Shown in pieces: positions 9,818-18,424 of a stretch of DNA of 64,000 nt. Below the pieces are notes generated by a model, which saw only the letters and a program-made list of their open reading frames with translations, searched no databases and was not told where the DNA came from. Source of the DNA: an uncultured Methylibium sp. Lineage in GTDB: Bacteria > Pseudomonadota > Gammaproteobacteria > Burkholderiales > Burkholderiaceae_C. The stretch is taken from NCBI GenBank assembly GCA_964616015.1, contig CAZTTC010000001.1, forward strand, positions 1,098 through 65,097. Reading direction: 5' to 3'. Within the stretch, counting starts at the first letter, position 1, and each line of letters starts with the position of its first letter. The position numbers were made by a program, and so were the translations under genes.

Positions 9818-11830
9818 ATGCCCATGCAACAGCCGCAGCAGCGGCAACAGCAGCGCGAGCACATCGCCACCGTCATGCAGGTGGCCGAGGCCGGCCCCGC
9901 GGCACGCGCCGCGCAGGCGCACGACGAGGTCATCCGCCAGTCCTGGGCGCGCTGCGTGCACGAGCACCGGCTCGACCCCACGCGCATGCAGGAGGCGGTG
10001 ATCCTGCCCAGCCACCAGCTGCGCGAGCACCAGGACCGCATCGAGGACTTCCTCCACATCGCCCGTCACGGCCTCGAGACGCTCTACCAGCAGGTCGCCG
10101 GCCTGGGCTACTGCGTGCTGCTGACCGACGCGCGCGGCGTCACCGTCGACTTCATCGGCGACCTGCAGTTGGACAGCAGCCTGCGCAAGGCCGGCCTCTA
10201 CCTGGGCGCCGACTGGAGCGAGCAGCACGCCGGCACCTGCGGCGTCGGCACCTGCATCAGCACCGGCGAGTCGCTGACCGTCCACCTGGACGACCACTTC
10301 GACGCCACCCACATCCCCCTGACCTGCACCACCGCACCGGTGTACGACGCGCAAGGCAAGCTCAACGCCGTGCTCGACATCAGCCAGCTCAGCAGCGCCC
10401 AGCCCAAGGCCAGCCAGCACCTGGCGCTGCAACTGGTGCGCACCTACGCCCAGCACATCGAGAACGCGAGCTTCCTGCACAGCCACCGCCACGCCTGGAT
10501 ATTGCGGCTGAGCGCCGCGCCCGCCTTCCTGGACGTGAACCCCGACTACCTGCTGGCGCTGGACGACGCCGGCAGATTGATCGGCCACAACCGCCGCGCG
10601 CAACTGCTGCTGGAGGCGCAGTGGAAGACCGCACTCGGCGGATCGGTCATCGGCCTGCCCTTCGACCGCCTGTTCAACGCCAGCGTCGGCGACCTGGGCC
10701 GCTACACGCTGGGCCGCGCCAGCGACCAGCGCGCCATCACCCTGGCCGGCAGCGGCCGCGTGCTCTTCATGCTGGCCAGCCCGCCGCCGCGACGCGACCC
10801 CTCGTCGGCGGCGGCGGCGTCGGCCCCGTCGCATCACCAGGATCCAGCCGCGGCGGAACGCAAGATCCCCAAGCCGCTGGCGGCGCTGTCGGGCGGCGAC
10901 CCGGCGCTGGACCGGCAGATCGAGCGCGCGGCCAAGCTGGTCAACTCGCCCGTCAGCGTGCTGCTGACCGGCGAGACCGGCTCAGGCAAGGAGTACTTTG
11001 CCAAGGCCCTGCACTACGCCAGCGAGCGCCGCGGCCGGCCCTTCGTGGCCGTCAACTGCGCGGCCATCCCGGAGACCCTGATCGAGAGCGAGCTCTTCGG
11101 TCACCTGCCCGGCAGCTTCTCGGGCGCCGGCCCCAAGGCCAAGAAGGGCCTGATCCAGGAGGCCGACGGCGGCAGCCTCTTCCTCGACGAGATCGGCGAC
11201 ATGCCGCGCGACCTGCAGGCCCGCCTGCTGCGCGTTCTGGCCGAGCGCGAGGTGCTGCCGATCGGCGCGACCAAGCCGACGCCCGTCAACATCCGCGTCA
11301 TCGCCGCGACGCACTGCGACCTGGAGCAACTGGTGCGCGAGCGGCGCTTTCGCGACGACCTGTACTACCGCCTCAACGGTGCGCACATCGCGCTGCCGCC
11401 GCTGCGCGAACGGCGCGACCTGGCCTGGCTGATCCAGCGGATGCTGGGCGAGAGCGCACGAGCCGCCGGGCGCGAGGAAGCGCCGCGGCTGTCGTCCGAG
11501 GTGAGCGAGCGGCTGCACGCGCATGCATGGCCGGGGAACCTGCGGGAGCTGCGCAATGTGATCGAGTTTGCGTGTGCGATGGGGACAGGCGGCTTGATCG
11601 GCACGGGGGATCTGCCCGATGGCTGGGCCGACGAGGAGCCACCGGCTCAGCGCGCGGCCGCCGATCCGCCAGGCCTTCCGCCCATCGACGAGCGCGCGCG
11701 CCTGCTCGATGCCATGCAAAGGGCCAACGGCAATGTCAGCGCAGCGGCGCGGTTGCTGGGGGTGTCACGGATGACGATGTACCGGCATATGGCAAAGGCA
11801 GGGATTGCCGTCCGTCGCACGGGGCATTGA
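9818..11830 (+). CDS. Sigma54-dependent activator, GAF + AAA+ + Fis HTH (AcoR-like)
   Basis: ATG at 9818 follows AGGAGA. GAF region (SWARC, WSE..AGTCGVGT), Walker A GETGSGKE, ESELFGH, GSFSGA (GAFTGA variant), LFLDEIGD, WPGNLREL and C-terminal HTH. Confidence 0.92.
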   Translation: MPMQQPQQRQQQREHIATVMQVAEAGPAARAAQAHDEVIRQSWARCVHEHRLDPTRMQEAVILPSHQLREHQDRIEDFLHIARHGLETLYQQVAGLGYCVLLTDARGVTVDFIGDLQLDSSLRKAGLYLGADWSEQHAGTCGVGTCISTGESLTVHLDDHFDATHIPLTCTTAPVYDAQGKLNAVLDISQLSSAQPKASQHLALQLVRTYAQHIENASFLHSHRHAWILRLSAAPAFLDVNPDYLLALDDAGRLIGHNRRAQLLLEAQWKTALGGSVIGLPFDRLFNASVGDLGRYTLGRASDQRAITLAGSGRVLFMLASPPPRRDPSSAAAASAPSHHQDPAAAERKIPKPLAALSGGDPALDRQIERAAKLVNSPVSVLLTGETGSGKEYFAKALHYASERRGRPFVAVNCAAIPETLIESELFGHLPGSFSGAGPKAKKGLIQEADGGSLFLDEIGDMPRDLQARLLRVLAEREVLPIGATKPTPVNIRVIAATHCDLEQLVRERRFRDDLYYRLNGAHIALPPLRERRDLAWLIQRMLGESARAAGREEAPRLSSEVSERLHAHAWPGNLRELRNVIEFACAMGTGGLIGTGDLPDGWADEEPPAQRAAADPPGLPPIDERARLLDAMQRANGNVSAAARLLGVSRMTMYRHMAKAGIAVRRTGH

Positions 11831-11845
11831 CAAGAGCCCGGGCGC

Positions 11846-11872
11846 TGTCGGCTTTCGACCCGAAGCGGTCGT
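11846..11872. repeat. Left boundary hairpin repeat of caspase insert
   Basis: tgtcggctttc-gaccc-gaagcggtcgt, an imperfect direct repeat of 14487-14516. Confidence 0.5.
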
Positions 11873-11889
11873 CGGGTGAAACTCAGTGG

Positions 11890-13782
11890 TCATCCCTGAA
11901 GCGGTCGCTCGTCGGAGGTGCCTACCTCCAAGAGAAACCAGGTTTGCCTGTCCGGTAGGGTCAGGGCAGCAAGCACAGAAAGCGCCTTGGTGACCGCTGT
12001 GGCGGGGGCGAGCATCATTGGCGGCCAAGTTGCTAAGAAGTCCGTTGTTCGGAAAACGTCATGCCCGATGGTCCATACAACGTTCTCGCCGGCGCGCATG
12101 ACTTCGTCGTTGAATTGCGCTAGGTTGGCGGGCATGTATGCGGAGAAGCTGACCCCGTCGAGCCGCCACAACGCTTCGTCAAAGACCTCTTCAAGGTCGA
12201 ACAGCCGCGCTGCCTTGAGCAGCACTGTCACGGTTTCCATCGGCCGCTCGATTAGCTCTGCGACCCCCGAGTAATCGCCAGACATCTTGGCCAGCAGGTA
12301 GGCCAGCGCATCCTCTGCAGACAGATCGCCGCGAGCGACCCGCCCACCTGAAGCGGTCAAGGAATAGAACAGCAGTCCGGCGAGGCGTTCGCCTTCGTCC
12401 ATGAGCCCGAGCTCCGATGCCTGGGCGAGGCAGATGCACCAGGCGCTTGCTTGCGAGTCATTGAGTGCCACCAACGATCGCTCATAGTGCTCAAGGATCA
12501 ATCGCAGCAGCACCTTCATCTGATCGAGTGCCTGCGCTCGTTGTTCTTCCGAATGGGCGACGTAGGGACCCGCAGCCGCCCAACCCAGCACCTGCGAGAC
12601 CCGCAGCGGAAGGAAGTACAACTCCGCCAGCCCGCCAGGTCTCGATGACAGCAGCGCGAATCGATCTGCTGACAAGCTCGAAATGAGGCGAGCGTTGGCA
12701 TCCAGGAGTGCCTTCGCCACTTCTCCCGTCAGTCTTTCGGCGACCGCGTAAGCCGCGGGATTCTCGACGTGGGGCATTAGAGAGGCGGCGAGGATTGCCG
12801 CCACAAGAACCCTTCGATAAGGGTCTTCGCACTGGGCCGCCCGCTGCAGGAAGGCCGAGGCGAGACGTTCGATGACGGTGGCGATCTGGTCGGGAGGCAA
12901 GTTGGGTGCCTGAACCATCGACCACACCAGACGCTGGAATCGCTCTTGGCTCCAATCACCGGATACGGACAAATATGTGGTCCAGAGCGCGTCCTGATTC
13001 GCCTTCACGATGTCATCAGTCTGGGTCGGCCAGGTCTGCACGAAGTCGCGCATGCGCTCAAGTCCGTCATTGCTGAAGCGCGGGTTGCGGCAAAAGCTTG
13101 GTGGCCCGTAAAGATTCAGCCCCCAAACGACGGGGTTCTGCCCCTCGGGTTGAAGCTTTGCAGCAACTCTGCGGCCGATGTCCACCAAGTCCAGCGCGCC
13201 GCCTGTGTCGTTGATAAGCTCTCTGCCTTCGATGCAATCGAGCAGCGCGTTAGTTCCCAACCCGCCGGCCACGGTCTCACCTGCGCCCTGGTTGCGTCCG
13301 GACGTTGCGACAAGCGTGAGGGCGGGGGTACCAACATCCCCTAGCAACTCGGGCTTGAGCAGCACGCCAAGATCGTCCACCAAGCCACCACTTTCGCAGG
13401 CATCAATAATGATGTTCGTCTGCCGAGGTGCGGCCTCGTTGATGCTACGGAACAAGTCAGCTAACGCTAACGCCGAAACAGATTGCGCGGTGGCCATCGT
13501 GTCTTTCAGCCACATGTAGAAGCTGCCGGCGTGCACCCCTCCATGGCCCGCGAAGAAGAAGGTAAAGGTCTCAATCGCTGGGCCCTTAAACAGCATGTCG
13601 CGCAGCACTGCACGAGCCTCGTCGAGCGTCGGAGAGCGCAACAGGCGAGATCTGCCAACGTCGTACCAGGGTGAATTCGCACTCACGAGTGCATCGAAGA
13701 TGCGCTGGGCGTCGGGCACTGCACCGGTCAGTGGACTTGCTTCGTCGTACTCGTTGCAGCCTATAGCCAGCAAAACTCTCAC
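11890..13782 (-). CDS. Caspase-family (peptidase C14/metacaspase-like) protease with large helical C-terminal domain
   Basis: N-terminal 'LLAIGCNEY...L.GAVPDA', catalytic FFFAGHG and IIIDACESG, followed by about 380 aa of unassigned helical sequence. GTG start overlaps the upstream stop. Confidence 0.88.
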   Translation of the reverse strand: MRVLLAIGCNEYDEASPLTGAVPDAQRIFDALVSANSPWYDVGRSRLLRSPTLDEARAVLRDMLFKGPAIETFTFFFAGHGGVHAGSFYMWLKDTMATAQSVSALALADLFRSINEAAPRQTNIIIDACESGGLVDDLGVLLKPELLGDVGTPALTLVATSGRNQGAGETVAGGLGTNALLDCIEGRELINDTGGALDLVDIGRRVAAKLQPEGQNPVVWGLNLYGPPSFCRNPRFSNDGLERMRDFVQTWPTQTDDIVKANQDALWTTYLSVSGDWSQERFQRLVWSMVQAPNLPPDQIATVIERLASAFLQRAAQCEDPYRRVLVAAILAASLMPHVENPAAYAVAERLTGEVAKALLDANARLISSLSADRFALLSSRPGGLAELYFLPLRVSQVLGWAAAGPYVAHSEEQRAQALDQMKVLLRLILEHYERSLVALNDSQASAWCICLAQASELGLMDEGERLAGLLFYSLTASGGRVARGDLSAEDALAYLLAKMSGDYSGVAELIERPMETVTVLLKAARLFDLEEVFDEALWRLDGVSFSAYMPANLAQFNDEVMRAGENVVWTIGHDVFRTTDFLATWPPMMLAPATAVTKALSVLAALTLPDRQTWFLLEVGTSDERPLQG

Positions 13783-14414
13783 GGCGCTTCTCCGTAGCGT
13801 GCGAACCGAGCTTTGCGCTGGACCTCCTCCTCGATGGCCTCGGAGGATCGAATCTCATCCAGTTGCTGGATGCGCTGAAGCAGCTCCGGCGGAGCCGACT
13901 CCTGCGCTCGCCGAAACCTCTCAAAGGCCTCCGGAGACAGATGGATCTGAGGCCGCTGCACATTTCCGTGCTTGTCCGCGCTGAAGCGGATGGTCTCAAG
14001 CATGGCCGCAAAGCCCTCGATTGGCCCACCTGCCGCCGACGCGTCGACCACGTTTCCGCTCTGGTCGCAGGCCGCCGAGATGGTGGCGTACATCATCCGC
14101 TGGAACTGCGCGTTCAGGTCTTCGACGAGTTTGTCCACGTAGCGCGAGATGGCTGAAAGGTCGTGGTTTACCAGCTCATCGAACTGAATGGCGACCTCGG
14201 AGGAGTGCTGCTGCATCCCAGCGTTGTACGCATTGGGTAGTCCGGGATGACTCCAGTCGCCCCCGTGGCGGAACCGCTGCACGTTCTCGGCTGGGATGAG
14301 CTGGGCCATTCGCACTTTGAGGGCGTCGCTTAGAAACTTCATGAGCTCTCGTTCGAACGCCTTCGACGCGGCGTTGTCGTGAAGGAAATCGACTCGATTT
14401 GGTGATGACCTCAT
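13779..14414 (-). CDS. Hypothetical protein, 211 aa, possibly a truncated HK97/encapsulin-like fold
   Basis: Clean ORF translationally coupled (GTGA) to the caspase gene. The fold call is by-eye motif resemblance only. Confidence 0.7.
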   Translation of the reverse strand: MRSSPNRVDFLHDNAASKAFERELMKFLSDALKVRMAQLIPAENVQRFRHGGDWSHPGLPNAYNAGMQQHSSEVAIQFDELVNHDLSAISRYVDKLVEDLNAQFQRMMYATISAACDQSGNVVDASAAGGPIEGFAAMLETIRFSADKHGNVQRPQIHLSPEAFERFRRAQESAPPELLQRIQQLDEIRSSEAIEEEVQRKARFARYGEAP

Positions 14415-14486
14415 AGCATTCGATGCTGGGTTGTAGGTTGTGCTTGAACTGCGTCTTGCATCTTGGCATGCAATGAGCAGGACGCA

Positions 14487-14548
14487 TGTGGGCTTTCACG
14501 CACGTGAAGCTGCCGTTCGGGGCTGACCGCTCCTGGCCGAGGGCAGTC
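14487..14548. repeat. Right boundary hairpin repeats of caspase insert
   Basis: tgtgggctttc-acgcacgt-gaagctgccgt, followed by tgaccgctcctggccgagggcagtc. Confidence 0.5.
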
Positions 14549-14583
14549 CCTCTCCATCACAGTGCGTTGACCCTCCGGCACCT

Positions 14584-14603
14584 TGTCTCACACTCGTGAG
14601 ACA
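14584..14603. promoter_or_regulatory. Probable enhancer (UAS) of the sigma54 activator, perfect palindrome TGTCTCA-N6-TGAGACA
   Basis: Perfect 7-bp inverted repeat about 120 nt upstream of the -24/-12 site. TGT...ACA arms are typical of Fis-HTH enhancer-binding proteins. Confidence 0.7.
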
Positions 14604-14720
14604 CCTGTCGCTCGCTGCCGCGAAGTGACAGGTTCGCGGAGGCGCACGACATGGCCGCGAAGCGGCGGCACCTCGATGAGCCAGTCGGCAGCGCGCCCGC
14701 GTCGATCGTTGCCGAGCCGC

Positions 14721-14735
14721 CGGCACGCCCCTTGC
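14721..14735 (+). promoter_or_regulatory. Sigma54 -24/-12 promoter
   Basis: CGGCAC-GCCCC-TTGC matches YGGCAC-N5-TTGC, 70 nt upstream of the ATG at 14806. Confidence 0.75.
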
Positions 14736-14805
14736 CCTGTCCGTCTGCACCGGCCCGATTCGGCCCGGATGTGTATCACCCCCACAGAGGACGGAGACAA
14801 GCAAG

Positions 14806-16620
14806 ATGACCGAGCTCACCAACCCCCACACCCAGTCCGTGAAGAGCTGGCTCGCCAGCCTGGGCGCGGCGCTGGAAAAGAGCGACATCCCCGGCGCGCT
14901 GGCGCTGTTCGACGACGACTGCTATTGGCGCGACCTGGTCAGCTTCACCTGGAACCTGCACACCGCCGAGGGCAAGCCCGCCATCGATGCGATGCTGAAG
15001 GCCACGCTGTCGAACACCAAGCCTTGCAACTGGCAGATCAGCGGCGAGGGCGAGGACGGCGGTGGCTTCAGCCAGGCCTGGTTCAGCTTCGAGACCGCGG
15101 TCGCGCGCGGCAAGGGCCTGGTGCGCCTGAAGGGCGACAAGTGCTGGACGCTGCTGACCACGATGGTCGAGCTGAAGGGCTTTGAGGAAGCCAAGGGTCC
15201 GACGCGCGTCAAGGGCGTGACGCACGGCGCCCATGCCGACCGGCAGACCTGGCTCGAGGCGCGCCAGCAGGAGGCCGCGGACCTGGGCTACAAGCAGCAG
15301 CCCGAGGTGGTGATCATCGGCGGCGGCCAGGGCGGCATCGCGCTCGGCGCGCGGCTGCGGCGGCTGGGCGTGCCGACCATCATCGTCGAGAAGAACGCCA
15401 AGCCCGGCGACAGCTGGCGCAAGCGCTACAAGAGCCTGTGCCTGCACGACCCGGTCTGGTACGACCACCTGCCCTACCTGCCCTTCCCCGACCACTGGCC
15501 CGTCTTCGCGCCCAAGGACAAGATCGGCGACTGGCTGGAGATGTACACGCGGGTGATGGAGCTGAACTACTGGAGTTCCACCACCTGCCAGAAGGCCAGC
15601 TTCGACGAGGCCCGGGGCGAGTGGACGGTGCAGGTGGTGCGTCGCGTGGGTGATGAACTCAAGCCGGTCACGCTGCGACCCAAGCAGCTGGTCATCGCCA
15701 CCGGCATGTCGGCCGTGCCCAACGTGCCCAGGTACCCGGGCGCCGACAGCTTTGCGGGCGAGCAGCAGCACTCCAGCCAGCATCCGGGGCCGGACGCCTA
15801 CGTGGGCAAGAAGGTGGTGGTGATCGGCTCCAACAACTCGGCGCACGACATCTGCGCGGCGCTGTGGGAGCAGGGCGTGGACGTCACGATGATCCAGCGC
15901 ACGTCCACCCACATCATCAAGAGCGACACGCTGATGGAGCTGGCGCTGGGCGGCCTGTACTCCGAGCAGGCGGTGGCCAGCGGCATCGACCACCACAAGG
16001 CCGACCTGATCTTCGCCAGCGTGCCCTACAAGATCATGGCGGGCTTCCACGTGCCGGTGTACGAAGAAGCGAAGAAGCGCGACGCCGACCTCTACGACCG
16101 GCTCGCCAAGCGCGGCTTCATGCTCGACTTCGGCGACGACGGCTCGGGCCTGTTCATGAAGTACCTGCGCCGCGGCTCGGGCTACTACATCGACGTGGGC
16201 GCGTCCGAGCTGGTGGCCGACGGCAAGATCAAGCTCAAGAGCGGCGTCTCGGTCGAGAAGATCAACCCGAAGTCCATCACCTTCAGCGACGGCAGCGAGC
16301 TGCCGGCCGACCTGATCGTCTACGCGACCGGCTATTCGTCGATGAACGGCTGGGCCGAGATGCTGATCAGCAAGGACGTCGCCGACAAGGTGGGCAAGTG
16401 CTGGGGCCTGGGCTCGGCCACCACCAAGGACCCCGGCCCCTGGGAGGGCGAGCTGCGCAACATGTGGAAGCCGACGCAGCAGCGCAACCTGTGGTTCCAC
16501 GGCGGCAACCTGCACCAGTCGCGCCACTACTCGCAGTTCCTGTCGCTGCAGCTCAAGGCGCGCAGCGTCGGCATCCCGACGCCGGTGTACGCGCTGCCGA
16601 AGGTGAACCACCTGAGGTAG
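14806..16620 (+). CDS. Type II flavin-containing monooxygenase (NTF2/SnoaL-like N-terminal extension + FAD/NAD(P) domains)
   Basis: N-terminal 'YWRDLVSFTWN'; GGGQGG FAD motif; 'GDSWRKRYKSLCLHDPVWYDHLPY'; FAGEQQHSSQH fingerprint; GSNNSAHD; ATGY. Confidence 0.88.
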   Translation: MTELTNPHTQSVKSWLASLGAALEKSDIPGALALFDDDCYWRDLVSFTWNLHTAEGKPAIDAMLKATLSNTKPCNWQISGEGEDGGGFSQAWFSFETAVARGKGLVRLKGDKCWTLLTTMVELKGFEEAKGPTRVKGVTHGAHADRQTWLEARQQEAADLGYKQQPEVVIIGGGQGGIALGARLRRLGVPTIIVEKNAKPGDSWRKRYKSLCLHDPVWYDHLPYLPFPDHWPVFAPKDKIGDWLEMYTRVMELNYWSSTTCQKASFDEARGEWTVQVVRRVGDELKPVTLRPKQLVIATGMSAVPNVPRYPGADSFAGEQQHSSQHPGPDAYVGKKVVVIGSNNSAHDICAALWEQGVDVTMIQRTSTHIIKSDTLMELALGGLYSEQAVASGIDHHKADLIFASVPYKIMAGFHVPVYEEAKKRDADLYDRLAKRGFMLDFGDDGSGLFMKYLRRGSGYYIDVGASELVADGKIKLKSGVSVEKINPKSITFSDGSELPADLIVYATGYSSMNGWAEMLISKDVADKVGKCWGLGSATTKDPGPWEGELRNMWKPTQQRNLWFHGGNLHQSRHYSQFLSLQLKARSVGIPTPVYALPKVNHLR

Positions 16621-16671
16621 CGCGCGGCGCGGCGGGCCGCGCGCCGATCGGCATCAGGCCGTAGCCGGCGA

Positions 16672-16881
16672 CTACTGCGGCGGGTCGACCGGCGGCAGGC
16701 CCATCACCTGCGCCGACCGCTGCAGCGTACGCAGCAGCAGCTCGACGCCGCCGTCATTGAGCTCCAGCGGGAAGATCTGGCCATTGGCCATCAGCAGCTC
16801 CAGCAGCACGGCCTTGCCGTCGTCGGACAGCACGGCCTGCTTCAGGCCGACGCAGCGCAGGGGTTCCATCGTGGAGCTCAT
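16672..16881 (-). CDS. Small hypothetical protein (69 aa)
   Basis: MSSTMEPLRCVGLKQAVLSDDGKAVLLELL..., host-like codon usage, directly downstream of fumC. Confidence 0.55.
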   Translation of the reverse strand: MSSTMEPLRCVGLKQAVLSDDGKAVLLELLMANGQIFPLELNDGGVELLLRTLQRSAQVMGLPPVDPPQ

Positions 16882-16949
16882 CGTCGTTCTCGTCGTGTCG
16901 GTGGCGAAGCCCGGATGCTGCCACGGCGGTGCGGGGTGCAGCGCGAGGG

Positions 16950-18353
16950 TCAGCCCGCACTCGACCCCAGCATGCGCCGCGCGTCGACCCAGGTGTCGAA
17001 CTGCTCGCCGCTCACGCCGCCGACCGCGAGGGCGGCCTCGCGCAGGCCGATGCCGGCACGGTGCGCGTGCTTGGCGATCTGCGCGGCGCGGTCGTAGCCG
17101 ATGTGCGGCGCCAACGCCGTCACCAGCATCAGCGAGCGCTGCAGCAGCTCCTCGACGCGCGCCGCATCGGGTTGCAGGCCGGCCACGCAATGCCGCGCGA
17201 AGCTGCCCATCGCGTCGGACAGCAGGCGCAGGCTGTCCAGCACGTCCAGCACGATCAGCGGCTTGTAGACGTTGAGCTCGAAGTGGCCCTGGCTCGCGGC
17301 AAGGCCGATGGCCACGTCGTGGCCCATGACCTGCGCACACACCATGGTCAGCGCCTCGACCTGCGTCGGGTTCACCTTGCCCGGCATGATGGAGCTGCCG
17401 GGCTCGTTCTCGGGCAGGCGCAGCTCGCCCAGGCCAGCGCGCGGGCCGCTGCCCATCAGGCGGATATCGTTGCCGATCTTCGTCAGCGCCACCGCCAGCA
17501 TGCGCAGCGCGCCGTGGAAGCCGACCAGGGCCTCGTGCCCCGCCATCGCCGCGAACAGGTTGTCGGCGGGCGCGAACGGCAGGCCCAGCCGCTGCGACAG
17601 CTTGGCCGCCACGCGCGCACCGAACTCGGCGTGGGTGTTGAGGCCGGTGCCGACCGCGGTGCCGCCGATGGCCAGGCGCTGCAGCGGCGCGAGCGACTGC
17701 GTGATCGCCGTCTCGCACAGGTCGAGCTGCGCGACATAGCCGCCGAACTCCTGGCCCAGCGTCACCGGCGTCGCATCCTGCAGGTGGGTGCGGCCGATCT
17801 TCACCACGTCGGCGAAGGCGACGGCCTTGTCGTGCAGCGCCGTGCGCAGCGCGGCCAGCGCCGGCTGCAGCCGCTCGCGCGCCTGCAGAGCGACGGCGAC
17901 GTGCATCGCGGTCGGGAAGACGTCGTTGGACGACTGGCCCAGGTTCACGTCGTCGTTGGGGTGCACGCGGCGGTCGCTGCCGCGCCGGCCACCCAGGGCC
18001 TCGGAGGCCAGCGTGGCGACGACCTCGTTGACGTTCATGTTGCTCTGCGTGCCCGAGCCGGTCTGCCACACCGACAGCGGGAAGGCCTCGGCATGCTCGC
18101 CGGCGGCGATGCGGGCCGCAGCGTCGGCGATGGCGCGGGCCTTGTCGGCGGGCAGCAGGCCGAGCTCGTGGTTGACCTCGGCCGCGGCCCACTTGACCCC
18201 GGCCAGCGCGCGCACCACCTCGGCCGGCATGCGCTGCTCGCCGATGGCGAAGAAGTGCAGGCTGCGCGCGGTCTGCGCGGCCCACAGCGCGTCGGCCGGG
18301 ACCTCGATCGGCCCGAAGGCGTCGGACTCGGTGCGGGTGGCGGGGGCGGTCAT
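16950..18353 (-). CDS. fumC: Class II fumarate hydratase
   Basis: [40 protein letters not shown] and [13 protein letters not shown]. Start chosen by GGAG spacing. Confidence 0.96.
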   Translation of the reverse strand: MTAPATRTESDAFGPIEVPADALWAAQTARSLHFFAIGEQRMPAEVVRALAGVKWAAAEVNHELGLLPADKARAIADAAARIAAGEHAEAFPLSVWQTGSGTQSNMNVNEVVATLASEALGGRRGSDRRVHPNDDVNLGQSSNDVFPTAMHVAVALQARERLQPALAALRTALHDKAVAFADVVKIGRTHLQDATPVTLGQEFGGYVAQLDLCETAITQSLAPLQRLAIGGTAVGTGLNTHAEFGARVAAKLSQRLGLPFAPADNLFAAMAGHEALVGFHGALRMLAVALTKIGNDIRLMGSGPRAGLGELRLPENEPGSSIMPGKVNPTQVEALTMVCAQVMGHDVAIGLAASQGHFELNVYKPLIVLDVLDSLRLLSDAMGSFARHCVAGLQPDAARVEELLQRSLMLVTALAPHIGYDRAAQIAKHAHRAGIGLREAALAVGGVSGEQFDTWVDARRMLGSSAG

Positions 18354-18424
18354 CGGCATCTCCGGGCGACGGGCCCCGAGCTTAGGCGAGCCCCGCATCG
18401 CCCTGCCGACGTATCCTCCGGCCC

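Noticed and set aside
11846..14548. Classical integron attC cassette
   Set aside because: The boundary hairpins lack RYYYAAC/GTTRRRY cores and there is no intI. Kept only as a looser analogy.
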